A program made the position numbers and the translations under genes. Below, one piece after another: positions 49,801 through 62,714 of a DNA stretch of 64,000 nucleotides (positions are counted from its first letter, which is position 1; each line of letters starts with the position of its first letter). The stretch covers positions 103,790,001 to 103,854,000 of the forward strand of contig NC_058373.1 of assembly GCF_018350175.1 (NCBI RefSeq), in the 5' to 3' direction. The notes under the pieces were generated by a model that saw only the letters and a program-made list of their open reading frames with translations, was not told the DNA's origin and made no database searches. The DNA is from Felis catus (Eukaryota).

Positions 49801-52136
49801 GGAGAGAATGCAAAAAGAAGTATTTGTAAGCCTAATACTATTTATTTTTTGAATCCCTTTTCCTGGGCTAGAAATAGTTGTTATGGTTTGTTTGTTTGTT
49901 GGCCTTTTTAGCTTCAACTACTTGCCAGTCCTCAAAGTTGACAGGTTTTCTTTCTTTTTGAATTTAGGATTTACAAAGTAACAACTTATACTCAAATATA
50001 GTCTTTTCTATAAAGATTCTCTCCTCCTGTTTTTAAATTTGTTTCTCATTCATAAAATAAACATGACCATGAGTTTTTGCATAGATCCTTGATGGAGTTA
50101 TTGAACGTGGTGATCAAATGATAGATTAGAACTGAGTCTCCATAGAGGTGGCCAGTATAGAAAGCCCCTTTTTTTGCTGGTGAACTCTACCAGGAGGAAT
50201 TAAATGCTACCTCTTATAAAGCAATCTTACTGATCTATGTCTGTTTGGGCCCACTAGTCTTTGAGTCCTCACTTTGCTAGTAGTTATTTTACCTTTTGAA
50301 TATGATTTGTGGGTCATGGCACCCGTGCATAGCCTGTGGTCTGTAGAGAGGCCATATTGATTAATGCCTTTGGTGCAAATTATTCAGAAGGTTATTGTTG
50401 TTGTTGTTGTTTTATCCTAAAAACATCCAAACACTAATTCTTTACTTTCCCAATTTGATCTTTTTAATTTCCTTCACAGCTAAGACGGTATGAGAGCCCC
50501 TTTGTTCTGGAACTGCCGATTCTAGTGTTCAAGGTGTTTGTTCCAGGGGACTGCACTTATGATTTTAAAGTGCCATAAATTCTTCAAACTAAGCCCCTCT
50601 ACTTTTTATAACACCTTACGAGCTTCGATTGTGTGATCTTGAGAATGAAAAAAAGTTTTCCATGAGATTAGGTAGCTATTCAGATTATAAATATGGCTTT
50701 ATTAAATTTAACTGGCAAAGTGATCTATTGCAAGTAAAGAAAGTGAAAACACAGGCTTAAAATATCCAGGACTGAAAATAGAACATTTAATTTCTGATTC
50801 TCTCTGCAGGTGGGGTATGAAATAGAATGCTAGTGTTGCTGCTGCCAGAATGCTTGCCTGTTTTTATACTTTTGTCAAGGATGTGGGCAATGGAAACGGA
50901 TACTTACTGAAGTACAACAGGGTTTATGTAGACATCCACAAGACTTAGGGAGGGCAGTATTTCCTTTACAGAAGAAAGTAGGTCTCTTAATGCCGGCAAG
51001 GTATATGAGAAAGATGGTGAAATGAAAGGAGATGAGAATCCAGACACTCTATCAGCAGCCTTACCCTGTGACAGACCCAGAGGCAACTCCAAAGCCACCA
51101 GGGCAACTGCCTGTTCAGTTTGCCAAAGAGCCAGATGCTGTTGCTTGGAAGAATCTCCTCCACAGCTTGATGTCTGGGTCCTGTGATTGCCATCCAAAGA
51201 ACAGTGGTGGGGCATGCTGGGATGAATGCAATCCCGGCATCCCACTACAGTGCTTTCTTTTTAAAAAGAGTCATTTTAAATTAAATAAGTTTTAAAACTC
51301 ACATGTTATTTTTTCTTAATGTAAAAAGGAAATTGGAGGAGGACAGTAGTACAAATCAAGGCTGTATAATTGAAAAAAAAATCCTCTTAAACTTTATTTT
51401 GCTTATAAGTCATATTTAATTATCCCTTGAGGATCGGGACATTTAGAAAAGACAAAAGACCATCTACTGTTCACAGTGATGAAATAAAAATCACTATAAT
51501 ATAGATGAATGGTGATGCAGAGAATTTTAACTATTTATGTTATTAACGATGGTCACTTACAGTATTTATTTGTGTGAAATAAGATACTCAATTTTAGTGT
51601 TAGTTTTGCCACAGAATTTTGATTGTGGGTGCCACTGAACACGTGTTTAAATTAAAAGGGCAATAAAAAAGTGATAGGTGACATCTAAGGGAAAAAATTA
51701 TGCCTGAGTTTCTGATGAGGCACTAACATCTCTTCTTAAATGTCAGCAGTATTGTCACATGAAGCAACATCTCTCCTTTTCAAAATATGTGTTAATATCT
51801 GCTGCGTTGTAGCTGAGTGAATAACAGCTGCTGTATGTCTTTGGAGTCATTCAGACCACTTCAACAAATGAATGTAATTTGATTCCAGAGTACAACCAAA
51901 ATCTTTGCTCTTTTCGTGTAATCTCTTATTTTTGTAATTATAGGAATTTTTTCCCTTTAATATTACCAGGCTTTGTCTAATAGCCTGATAGTAAGTGCTG
52001 GAGTGCCAGAGTAAATCTGTAATTTCTTTAATCATTGTGATCAATGCGAATCATGGCATGATTAATGCAGCCATGGTAATAGGTAATGGTTAAAAAGATA
52101 ATCAAAATATTTGGAGAGTAATAACTTACTGTAGAG

Positions 52137-52343
52137 CAGTGGTTCTTAACCAGGGATGGCTTCTCCCCCCAGGGGACATTTGGCAATGTTCTTCAGACAT
52201 TTTTGGTTGTCACAACTGTTATCTGGTGGATAGAGACCACAAATACTGCTAAACATCCTGCGATGCAAAGAGCAGCCCTTCCCACTCCCACAACAAGCTA
52301 TCTGGCCTATCATGTCAAAAGGTACCAAGGCTGAGAAATTCTG
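52137..52343. mobile_element. MER20 hAT MITE
   Basis: cagtggttcttaacc...ccccccaggggacatttggcaatg...tttttggttgtcacaactg; 8-bp TSD ctgtagag/atgtagag. Confidence 0.9.
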
Positions 52344-52887
52344 ATGTAGAGAAACAGATAACATGTATAATAATGTTGGCATTTAAAAATTTGGGTAGCG
52401 ATATAGTTTCACTAACCCAGATGAAAAGTAAAAAAACTGAACAAAACAAAACAAAAACACAAAACAACAACAACAAAAAGTCTTAGTCACTCAAATATTT
52501 TCAAATACCTTTAGGTTTGGGGTCATATAGACAAGGCATACAGACATAATATTATTCTTACCTTCTGTAAAATATATTTCTCGCCCTCACCTCAGTTATT
52601 ATTAAAGCACAAACTAGCCACATATTGATTAAATCAGTTAGTGACTTCGCGTTATTAAGCTCTGCTTCTTGAATAGAATATATTCAGCGGGAAGAAATAT
52701 ATTAAAGAGTTTTTAGCTTTTACTTTTTTTTCTCTTTCTAAAAATTCTTTCCAAAAAATTTGGAAAACACATAAAACTCTCAAGAGGAAAAGGAAAAGAA
52801 TCTTTAATTTTACTACCTTAGGTTTTTAGTTTCTGTAAACTCAAAGGTATACCTATGGTCATTGATTTTTCGCTACAGCAACAAATA

Positions 52888-53092
52888 TTGTTTGACCAGT
52901 ATTTCACCGTGTTTAAATTTTCATGATACTAACTCCCCTGTTAACAGGGGAGATGAAAAGTGAAATTTTTAGTCATTTTCATAATTGTTGTTTGACAAAT
53001 ATTTCACTATGGTTAAATATTTCATGATATGAACTCCCCTGTTAATAAGGGAGATGGAAAGTGAAATTTTTAGTCATTTTCGTAATTGTTGT
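52888..53092. repeat. Tandem duplication, ~100-bp unit x2
   Basis: Units start ttgtttgac at 52888 and 52988 and align throughout with scattered mismatches. Confidence 0.95.
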
Positions 53093-53588
53093 CAATACTA
53101 GTTTATCTCCCTGCTTTGGAGCATGAATTTTTTTAAGTTTTTTTTTTTTTTTTTTTTTTTAAGTAGTGTGTTCAGTTATACTAAATAGAAGGCGTCTCTC
53201 CATATAAAACTTTGCTTGGACAACACTAGCATCCTGCCTTATCTGTTTTTATGTAACCTTATATATGATTTGTCTTCTAATAATTTTTTCTTAACTCAGA
53301 TGTTTATGCTAAAGTTGTTTTTCAACTTTGAACTACTGTTCATAGGTTAATACTTTTGTCTCAGTGAGATCTATGGGTGAAGATACCACCAAGATTAAGG
53401 TGGTAGGTAGTTAGTTACTAATGGCTATTAAGGGTCCTGGTAGGGAGACACAGGCACAGGGTCCTTGTCAGGGGATGAAACCTAGACAGTAGTGTAGGGA
53501 GGATTGCCGGAATGGCAGACTGGCCCAGTGTAGAAAAATGACAGAAGCAAAGAGGACAAATCGAAGTTAATGGAATAAAGCACAGCTT

Positions 53589-53822
53589 GTATTTTTTATT
53601 TTTTTTACCTTTATTTATTTTTGAGAAACCGAGTGAGACAAAGCGTGAGTGGGGGAGGGGCAGAGAGAGAAGGAGACACAGAATCTGAAGCAGCCCCCAG
53701 GCTCTGAGCAAGCAGTCAGCACAGAGCCTGATGCGGGGCTCGAACTCACAAACTGTGAGATCATGACCTGAGCCGAAGTCGGACGCTCAACCACTCAACC
53801 GACTGAGCCATCCAGGTGTCCC
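53589..53822 (-). mobile_element. CanSINE
   Basis: TSD aagcacagctt. Confidence 0.95.
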
Positions 53823-54025
53823 AAGCACAGCTTTTAAATAACAAACTGAACAGCAATGAGTTTGTATTATCATTTAGGCAATTAAATCCTTAACAGGACT
53901 TCTTTACTTAAGCCATTGATACTTGGTTTCCTCCTCAGACCCAATTACTTCTTGTCAGGAAAGCAGAGGGGAGAGTGCAAATGGCCCTTAATTTGCGGGG
54001 TTTATCTTTTCTAGGATTTTAAAAT

Positions 54026-54250
54026 GGGGGGGACTGGGTGGCTCAGTCGGTTAAGCGGCCGACTTCGGCTCAGGTCATGATCTCACGGTCCGTGAGCTCG
54101 AGCCCCGCGTCGGGCTCTGTGCTGACAGCTCAGAGCCTGGAGCCTGCTTCGGATTCTGTGTCTCCCTCTCTCTCTGGCCCTCCCCCCGTTCATGCTCTGT
54201 CTCCCTCTGTCTCAAAGCTAAGTAAACGTTAAAAAATTTTTTTTTAATAA
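54026..54250 (+). mobile_element. CanSINE (young)
   Basis: CpG-rich full-length copy. Confidence 0.95.
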
Positions 54251-54358
54251 AATAGGGACAGTTCCCTCAGCTACCACCAGTTTTGTCTTATGCAGTTGAT
54301 AATGGCAATTTTATGGAGCCCCCTCAATACAACACAAGAATTTCAGTGAATAGTTTCT

Positions 54359-54474
54359 TTCTTTTCATTCATTCATTCACTTAAAAGTAATCTCTATACC
54401 CAACGTGGGGCCTGAACTTACAACCCCGAGATCAAGAGTCACATGCTCTAGTGACTGAGCCAGTCAGGTGTCCC
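54359..54474 (-). mobile_element. Short CanSINE
   Basis: TSD tgaatagtttct. Confidence 0.92.
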
Positions 54475-55340
54475 TGAATAGTTTCTAGAGTAGAACCACT
54501 TTTCTTCTTCATAGAGTAGGTCTCATTCCTGTTCCTGGGTAACAGGTATCATACTCAACAGTAATAGGCCTGTCTAGGGCGTGTTTGTTATTTTTTTCAC
54601 AGACTCTGAACAACAGGGTTTAGAATAAGTCCAGTCTCTTGTGTCCACCAAGTTAAGGCACATGAAAAGAAACATAATACAGGGCCTTCAAAAGGTTGCA
54701 AAAGAATTATTTCAGGAGGAATAAAACATACTATGGAATGAATAATATTTCAGTTAGTAAGAAAATAATATAAACATATAACTAAAGTAGGGATCCTTTC
54801 TACAGTAAGGAATGGATGAACCCTTTTGCCACTAAGACGGTGGAGTGACTTGTTCTGGTTCCCTCTGGGGTCTTCTTTCCCATCAAATGATAGTAGGTGT
54901 CTGTTGGGCCTCCTGTGGGTGCCGTCCTGGCCACATTGAAAGTTGGCCCATGCTAGCCTCGCCATTTCTATGATTACAGAGAAATTTCAGTCTCTGGGTG
55001 TTTCAAACTTGAAATTTGAAATCCAATGTGGAGTGTCTTTGTGAACTTTATTTCTACACCTCTAGTTATTTCTGTTCCTGTTTATATGTGCAAATGCCAG
55101 AATAGCCTGCTCATTTAATTATGTCTTAAGATTTTTATGGCTGTTAATTATAAAACTCATTTTATTTTGTTCTGCTGCTATAGAGAATGGGGCCTTATAC
55201 ATCCACCCCAATGTTGATGGGAAGAGAATGTTAACTCCTCTGGGCCCAACTAGAAGTTTCCTTCTTTACCACTTACATGTCCTTGGCTTCAGGCTACTTT
55301 GCATATTCTTGCTGCACTTTCATCATTAACTAAAAAAACA

Positions 55341-55585
55341 GGGGCGCCTGGGTGGCTCAGTTGGTTGAGCGTCTGGCTTCGGCTCAGGTCATGATCTCAC
55401 GGTTTGTGAGTTGGAGCCCCGCGTCAGGCTCTGTGCTGAGAGCTCAGAGCCTGGAGCCTGTTTCGGATTCTGTGTCTTCCTCTCTCTCTGCTCCTCCCCT
55501 GCTTGTGCTCTGTCTCTGTCTCTCAAAATAAATAAATAAACATTAAAAACAAAAACAAAAACAAAAAAAACCCAAAAAACAAACT
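55341..55585 (+). mobile_element. CanSINE
   Basis: ggggcgcctgggtggctcag head, (AAAAAC)n tail. Confidence 0.95.
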
Positions 55586-55826
55586 AAAGAACCAGGTGCA
55601 GATTCTTTATTAGGGTTTTGCACTTACGTGATGCCCATTTGTATGTGGTTTGTATACACAACACCTAACTTCTTCCCAGACTGTTTTAAAAAAGAACAGA
55701 GAAAAAAATGGAACAGAGCATGCATAGCCTGGGAAGCACTCAACCCTCAGGACAGCGGCTGAGTATCATTAACAAGAATACAGCCCCTACTTTAGTCACT
55801 GTTCTTTAAAATACACAGGGTGTGTC

Positions 55827-56050
55827 GGGAGTGCCTGGGTGGCTGAGTGGGTTAAGCATCCGACTTCGGTTAGGCATCCGACTTTGGCTCAGGTTGTGAT
55901 GTCACTGTTCGTGGGCTCGAGCCCCACATCGGGTTCTTTGCTGACAGCTCGGAGCCTGGAGCCTGCTTCAGATTCTGTCTCCCTCTTTCTCTGCCCCTCC
56001 CCTGCTCTTTCTCTCTCTCAAAAACAGTAAAAAGAACTTTTAAAATAAAA
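55827..56050 (+). mobile_element. CanSINE with an internal 18-bp duplication (55850-55885)
   Basis: ggttaagcatccgacttc followed by ggttaggcatccgacttt. Confidence 0.93.
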
Positions 56051-56097
56051 TAAAATACACTGAACCCCAAGTGAATATGTTATGATAGAAGTATCTT

Positions 56098-56310
56098 GGG
56101 GCACCTGGGTGGCTCAGTTGGTTAAGCATCCGACTTGGGCTCAGGTCATGATCTCACAGTTCGTGAGTTTGAGCCCCGCGTTGACAGTTCAGAGCCTGGA
56201 GCCTGTTTCAGATTCTGTGTCTCCCTCTCTCTCTGCCTCTCCCCTGCTCATGCTCTGCCTCCATCTCTCCCTCAAAAATAAATAAACATTAAAAATTAAA
56301 AAAAAAAAGG
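56098..56310 (+). mobile_element. CanSINE
   Basis: TSD agtatctt. Confidence 0.95.
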
Positions 56311-56499
56311 AGTATCTTATGGGTATCTCTATGAGCATAGCACATAGTTAAAGGGTTAAGTTTGTTGAACTTGACTGAGAATGGCTAAAGTGATGACCCA
56401 ATTAATATCATGAAGAGCATCTATAGAGATTAGAGGAGGAATTTTGAAGGACATTCTCTATGTCTTCTTTCTGAGATCAGAGATGATGAAAAGAATTGT

Positions 56500-56968
56500 T
56501 TTTGAATGTTTATTTTTAATTTTTTATTTTTTAAATTTACATCCAAGTTAGTGTATAGTGCAATAATGATTTCAGGAGTAGAATCCAGTGATTTATATCC
56601 CTACATATAACACCCAGGGCTCATCCCAACAAGTGCCCTCCTTAATGACCCTTGTCCCTTTATCCCATCCCCCCACCCACAACCTCTCCAACAACCCTCA
56701 GTTTGTTCTCTGTATATGAGTCTTTTGTGTTTTGTCCTCTCCCTGTTTTTATATTATTTTTGCTTCCCTTCCCTTATGTTCATCTGTTTTGTATCTTAAA
56801 GTCTTCATATGAGTGAAGTCATATGATATTTGTCTTTATCTGACTAATTTCGCTTAGCATGATATCCTCTAGTTCCATCCATATGTTGCAAATGGCAAGA
56901 TTTCATTCTTTTTGGTCACCGAGTAATACTCCATTGTATATATACACCGCATCTTCTTTATCCATTCA
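56500..56968 (-). mobile_element. 5'-truncated carnivore L1 (3' UTR and end of ORF2)
   Basis: tataacacccagggctcatcccaacaagtgccctccttaatg...gcaaatggcaagatttcattc...atcttctttatccattca; TSD agatgatgaaaa at 56481 and 56970. Confidence 0.93.
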
Positions 56969-57405
56969 AGATGATGAAAAAATTTAATGTAGGAGGTATT
57001 TCATCTAAACATACAGACTGATATCCCCAACTTACTCAGCCCAATAGTAAAACACAGGAATATATTTACTGTTGGCCATTGTGGAATCTCTATGTTTGGA
57101 GATCTCTGAGAAAAGATTTGAAAGTTTTGGTTAAATAGCCTGAGATAATCAGTCTTAAATTTCTTTCTAGTTCTTATTCTTTGATACAAACATAATTTTA
57201 AAATTATTTTTATTAATAGCTGAGAAAAATATTTATTTCCAACTAGTAAATCCTAGGAGGGTCTTCTTGTGTTTTGAGGCTATAAAAAGTTTATGCTTGG
57301 AAAAGTTTTAGTAGCTTTGAAATTCTCTCTTAAGAAAGCTCATATCCCAGATTGCATAGTTCTTTCATATTTTTTGGTATGTGCTTTAAAGCATTTTTCC
57401 TTGTG

Positions 57406-57505
57406 AGGCATCTGGCTGTCTCAGTTGGAAGAACGTGTGACTCTTGATCTCAGGGTCATGAGATCAAGCCCCACAGTGGATGTAGAAATTGCTAAAAAAA
57501 AAAAT
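57406..57505 (+). mobile_element. Short CanSINE
   Basis: ggcatctggctgtctcagttggaagaacgtgtgactcttgatctcagggtc. Confidence 0.88.
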
Positions 57506-57689
57506 AATTTTTTTTTTGCTTTTTTCCATATAGTCTTAGCACTATTACTATTTATTTATAAATTTTTATTCCTTGCCACAGGTTATGTTTTATCCTTCAG
57601 AGGCCAGCACAAACTTAAAAAAAAAAATCTAAACCACTTGTCTTATGGTTTATAAAATGCTTTAAAAATTTTAAACAACTATACAATTT

Positions 57690-57810
57690 TTTTAGTTAAT
57701 TTTGTTTGAATTATCATACAGTAAATCTGACCTTTTTTGGTGTATAGTTCTGTAAATTTTTAAACCTATATATAGATTCATGTAACCACCATCCTAATTG
57801 GGATGCCCTG
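57690..57810 (-). mobile_element. Old L1 3' end fragment
   Basis: catacagtaaa...gtgtatagttctgtaaatttt...catgtaaccaccat. Confidence 0.6.
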
Positions 57811-57987
57811 AACTCTTTTAACATCAGACATCCTCCATCTTTTAATAATTTTGCCACTGAAATCAGTTTTCTAATGAAATTGCTCCATGAGTTTATATCC
57901 AGCAAACACTTAGTAGAATATAGTACTAAAATTGTAAAGGGGTCAATGTTTATCCACAAGAAAGTGCTTTACTCAAGATACTCTTTT

Positions 57988-58132
57988 TTTTTTTAAAGAG
58001 AGACAGACTCTTAAGCAGGCTCCATGCTCAGCGCAGAGCCTGATGTAGGGCTTGATCCTGCAACCCTGGGATCATGACCTGAGCTCAAATCTAGAGTCAG
58101 ATATTCAACAAACTGAGCCACCCAGGTGCCCC
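57988..58132 (-). mobile_element. CanSINE
   Basis: TSD tactcaagatactctttt. Confidence 0.93.
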
Positions 58133-58431
58133 TACTCAAGATACTCTTTTAAAAAATCCCAGTTTCTGAATTCAACTCATTGTGTCCAAATTCATTTTAT
58201 ACAATTCCTTATTATCACAATAGCTATCATCATTAATAGAAATAATACATGTCAATATAATATCAATATTCCATAATTTTGAAGGCTTAATTGTATCTCA
58301 CAAGGTTTTTAGTTTTTTTTTTTTTAATCTAACTTAAACTATGACATGAACTTACAATCAGATTATAACTTAGAATATTTTCAGTCATTTGCCTGGTATA
58401 GAATCTATCTTGATTATATTTTAACTTATTC

Positions 58432-58643
58432 TTTTTTTTTTTAATGTTTATTTATTTTTGAGACAGAGAGAGACAGGGCATGAACAGGGGAGGGTCAGAG
58501 AGAGGGAGACACAGAATCTGAAACAGGCTCCAGGCTCCGAGCTGTCAGCACAGAGCCCGACGCAGGGCTCGAACTCACGGACCACGAAATCATGACCTGA
58601 GCCGAAGTTGGCCGCTTAACTGACTGAGCCACCCAGGCACCCC
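58432..58643 (-). mobile_element. CanSINE
   Basis: Full-length reverse copy. Confidence 0.95.
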
Positions 58644-58896
58644 TAATTTATTCTTTTTATAAAAGTTGCTTAGAAGAGATTGCAGAAAATGTGACTTTTA
58701 CCATAAGACATCAAAACAAAACAAACTCCTTACCATGCCAGATTTATAGATACTAAAAATACTATCCTCAGTATGAAAAGAAATTGATTTGAAGATTCTA
58801 CCCATATTTTTATGGTTGAATTGGATACAACAAAAATTTTTGGTCATTCTGACTTGTGTAAACTACCTAAGAGGAATTAATACTATATGCAGAGTC

Positions 58897-59242
58897 TTTT
58901 ATTTTATTTTTATTTTAAGTATACTCTACATCACACATAGGGCTCAAACTCACCATTCTGAGATCAAGAGTCACACACACACTCTATGGACTGAGTGAGC
59001 CAGGCAACCCCAGAATCTTTTTTTTTTTTTTTTAATTTTTTTTTGATGTTTATTTAGTTTTGAAGGAGACAGAGACAGAGCGTGAGCAGGGGAGGGGCAG
59101 AGAGAGAGATGGAGACACAGAATCTGAAGCAGGCTCTGAGCTGTCAGCACAGAGCCCAACACAGGGCTCGAACCCACGAGCCATGAGATCATGATCTGAG
59201 CCGAAGTCAGATGCCCACCTGACTGAGCCACCTAGGCACCCC
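58897..59242 (-). mobile_element. Two adjacent CanSINEs (short 58897-59010; long 59017-59242)
   Basis: Two separate heads and T-rich tails. Confidence 0.9.
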
Positions 59243-60837
59243 AACCCGAGTCTTTTTGATAGGCATGATGAGTCAGATCTGTTAGCAATGCCAAATTTGC
59301 TTATCCATTTGTAGATGTATAGCATGATAATAATTTGTCATAAGCCCAGTTTTTATATAAATAGAGAAATAATAATATGGGTAAAGATAGCATTGATTTT
59401 TGGATATGTTGTTTCTGTAGATTGATGAAAATATGTGTTTGTAATTTTTTTAAATAGCTAAGTTAAAAAACTCAAGGATTTGTACCCCACTAATAGCAGT
59501 CAACACATTGAATAGAATGCTGTTAAACATGCCTCTTTCTTCACATCTCCTCTTCAGAAAAAAGGTTATTATGAGACAGTAAACATAATGGGGTTAAAAA
59601 TACCTGGAAATTTAGCACGTGGTATCAGAGAAGATACCACAATAGTCAAATGTAATGAGGTTGGATTGTGTGTATTCTTCCAATTTGTCATTTCCTTTCA
59701 AAGCTATTATTTCACCCTTACTGATAACCTCTCTTCAGTTAAAAAAAAAAATTACCATTAACATTCACTACTTTTTGCAGGTTTTGAACAATTTTTTAAT
59801 CCAACAAGCTATTTTACCTTACACAATAGATGTGGTCTTAGCCAATAATCTTCATTGTTAACAACATCCAATGGCTTTTTAACAATTACATGACATCCAT
59901 TGTGTTCCATTTTCTTTCTATGTCAGTAAATGCCTTCTAAAGCACTCCAACTAGTAAGGTACACGAAGTATCACTTTCATAAAGCTATGCTAGCTGTCTC
60001 TAATTCAATTATTCAACTCAAAGACTGCCTTCAAAGCTGCAAAATTGTCCTGGTACTTCCCCATTTCTGATGTTAACCTGAGCTGTTTGTGGTTCCTTGG
60101 GTTGTAAAGTGTTTTCATTATCTATTTTGCTTATCTTTTAGAACCATTTTACTTGTCCTGAAGAAATGGTTTTAGATTTTTTTTTTTTTAATCCTTAAGA
60201 GTGACCATGGGGATTATAAGTGGTTGTCATTTGTCTAAGTATAGAAAAGAAATGAGCATCTTGCGGGAGAAATGTCGGCATCTGTACCCGTGAAGAAAGC
60301 CATGATGTTAAAGTTCAGACTCTGTACTACCCATGCCACTGCTTCTTACTGCTCTCTGCCTCCCACTCCCTTATTTCTGGGGTAAATCATATTTGGGTCA
60401 TTTGATTATTTACTTATTATCTCCAGAGGCTGGGTAAGCTAGTACTATCTGAACTCTAAATACACTCAAAATGCAATAAAGGCCAGAAGCTAGAGAGGAT
60501 TAACCCCTCTACATTTTATAGTGATTGTTATATTTACCTTTCAAAAACCCATCCAGCTTCACCCCACAATTTCATCCTGGGAAAAAGTAGAAATGATATT
60601 GGATACATTGTCAGAAGAGAGTAGGTATGTGGTTCTTTGTCGTAACTAATCATGAGTCATTTCTTCTCATAAAATAAATATTTGGAGTTAGTTTGTGATT
60701 TCTTTTTTCTTCCTCTCTGAATTTTTAGGTATGTAAACCACAGATCTCAAAATCTCCCCCATACATTTGATTCTACAGTGACTGAAACGGCAAATCATTT
60801 GGCTGACATGATTTTGCCTTTTTAAAAAATCCCTCAA

Positions 60838-60960
60838 GGGGCACCTGGGTGGCTTAGTCGGTTGAGCATCCAACTCTTGATTTTGGCCCAGGGCATGATC
60901 CCAGGGTCATGGGATCGAGCCCCATATTGGGCTTAGGGCTGAGCAAGGAGCCCACTTAAG

Positions 60961-61005
<45 letters not shown>

Positions 61006-61077
61006 TTCTCTCTCTCTCTTTCTCTCTGTGCCCTTTTCCCCTGCTCAAGCTCTCTCTCTGAAAAAAAAAAAAAAAAA
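60838..61077 (+). mobile_element. CanSINE with expanded (CT)n
   Basis: SINE head, (CT)n ~60963-61027, poly(A). Confidence 0.93.
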
Positions 61078-61153
61078 GGTCTGGGAGTGGATAGGGGTAG
61101 AGTCTGGTATGACTGGGGCATCACTAATGGGGGTCCTAATTAAAAAAAAAGTA

Positions 61154-61370
61154 GGGGCGCCTGGGTGGCTCAGTCGGTTAAGCATCCGACTTCGGCTCAG
61201 GTCATGATCTCGCAGTTCGTGAGTTCAAGCCCCGCGTCAGGCTCTGGGCTGATGGCTCAGAGCCTGGAGCCTGTTTCAGATTCTGTGACTCCCTCTCTCT
61301 CTGACCCTCCCCCATTCATGCTCTGTCTCTCTCTGTCTCAAAAATAAATAAACATTAAAAAAGTTTTTTT
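61154..61370 (+). mobile_element. CanSINE (young felid type)
   Basis: TSD taatt-A-run-gta on both sides. Confidence 0.95.
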
Positions 61371-61809
61371 TAATTAAAAAAAAGTAAAAAAGACAAAAGG
61401 AAGGAAAAAATAGAAATTTCAGTTCATTAACCCAACTAATTTTTCCTCCAGAAGAACAAGTGGGCTTAAATATATGAACTATATTTAATAAAGGTTAATA
61501 TTATAAACACAAATCCAATAGAAGCCTGAAACACTATAAGAACAAAAGAAATAGCAAGCACTATATTTAGTTAGGTATAAGTACTTGCTGAAGGTGAATC
61601 TTCTTACTGATTGAAGAACCATAGTTCATAGAGTTGTTTTCTCTTCTGCAAGTCATAAAATGTTAATTTAAGTCTGGTAGTTCTTGCTTTGTTTTCTTTC
61701 TTCCTTTAGCAGATGCTTACCAAGTACCCACAGTGAGCTAGTAGCTGTTGGGGGCTATATAGAGGTGTAAGCCATGGGAATTCATAGAGGCTAAAGTAAA
61801 GCCAAAGTG

Positions 61810-62320
61810 CTGTCCTATCAGTTGGGATTTGGGCAAAGAATAGACAGTAATTGACGAGAGTTTAATGGAGGGACTATTTACAAAAGTGTTGGGCAGGGGT
61901 AAAGGAACCCACAAGAGATGGTGAAGTGCCATGGGACTAGGAATATTGGGGAGCCATCTCCACCTCTCCACCTGAAGGGATAAGGAGAAAGCAGTTACTG
62001 GAACCCAGGGCAGGCTGTAGCTGTAGAGAGAGCCACCCAGTAGGAACTGTGGCCTTCAGGAGAAGAATGGCTGATACCTGTGTCCCAATAGGGAGGAGAT
62101 TGGGCAACAAATACCACATACTGTCTCTTCCCACCCTCTTATTTCCTTCTGGTGATTGTTACTGCTTAAATTCAACCCCAAACCAGTGAACAAGAGAGTC
62201 CATTGACAAAAGCCACAAAGGCCAGCATCCTGGTTTATAGAAGAGAGTGGAAAAGGGTAGAGGATGATGGTTCTAGAGGGGCAGGCAGCATACCTAGCAC
62301 AGTGATCTTGAGATATCCAT
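61810..62320 (-). mobile_element. Ancient ERVL-type solo LTR (LTR33-like)
   Basis: gagagtttaatggagggactatttacaaaagtgttgggcagggg...gatggtgaagtgcc resembles the recalled LTR33 consensus. Confidence 0.5.
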
Positions 62321-62485
62321 ACAAAGAAAGTTAACCTCAAAAGAAGGAAAGAATACAAAAGATATCCCAAGATAAAGGATACCTGGTATAGACAGTAGGT
62401 CCTGGGTAAGGTGTGTGGTGTAACTCAGGGAAGACTCCTAGAAATAAAAGGAACACTTCTGTGATTGAGCCTTTAAGAATGATTT

Positions 62486-62714
62486 GGGGGCCGCCTGGGT
62501 GGCTCAGTCGGTTGGCCGTCTGACTTCGGCTCAGGTCATGATCTCGCGGTCCGTGTGTTCGAGCCCCGCATCCGGCTGTGTGCTGACAGCTCAGAGCCTG
62601 GAGCCTGTTTCAGATTCTGTGTCTCCCTCTCTCTGCCCCTCCCCCGCTCACTCTCGTTCTCTCTCTCTCTCTCAAAAATAAACATTAAAAAATATAAAAA
62701 TAAAATTTAAAAAA
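62486..62714 (+). mobile_element. CanSINE
   Basis: TSD aagaatgattt. Confidence 0.95.

Noticed and set aside
50138..50156. CTCF-like ccatagaggtggcca
   Set aside because: Only the 3' half matches the consensus; insufficient without a PWM scan.
51032..51295. 87-aa ATG ORF MRIQTLYQQPYP...
   Set aside because: No recognisable homology or supporting structure; the length is expected by chance.
52888..53092. CRISPR-like palindromic direct repeats
   Set aside because: Only two copies, the intervening sequence is also duplicated (no unique spacers), and the context is eukaryotic.
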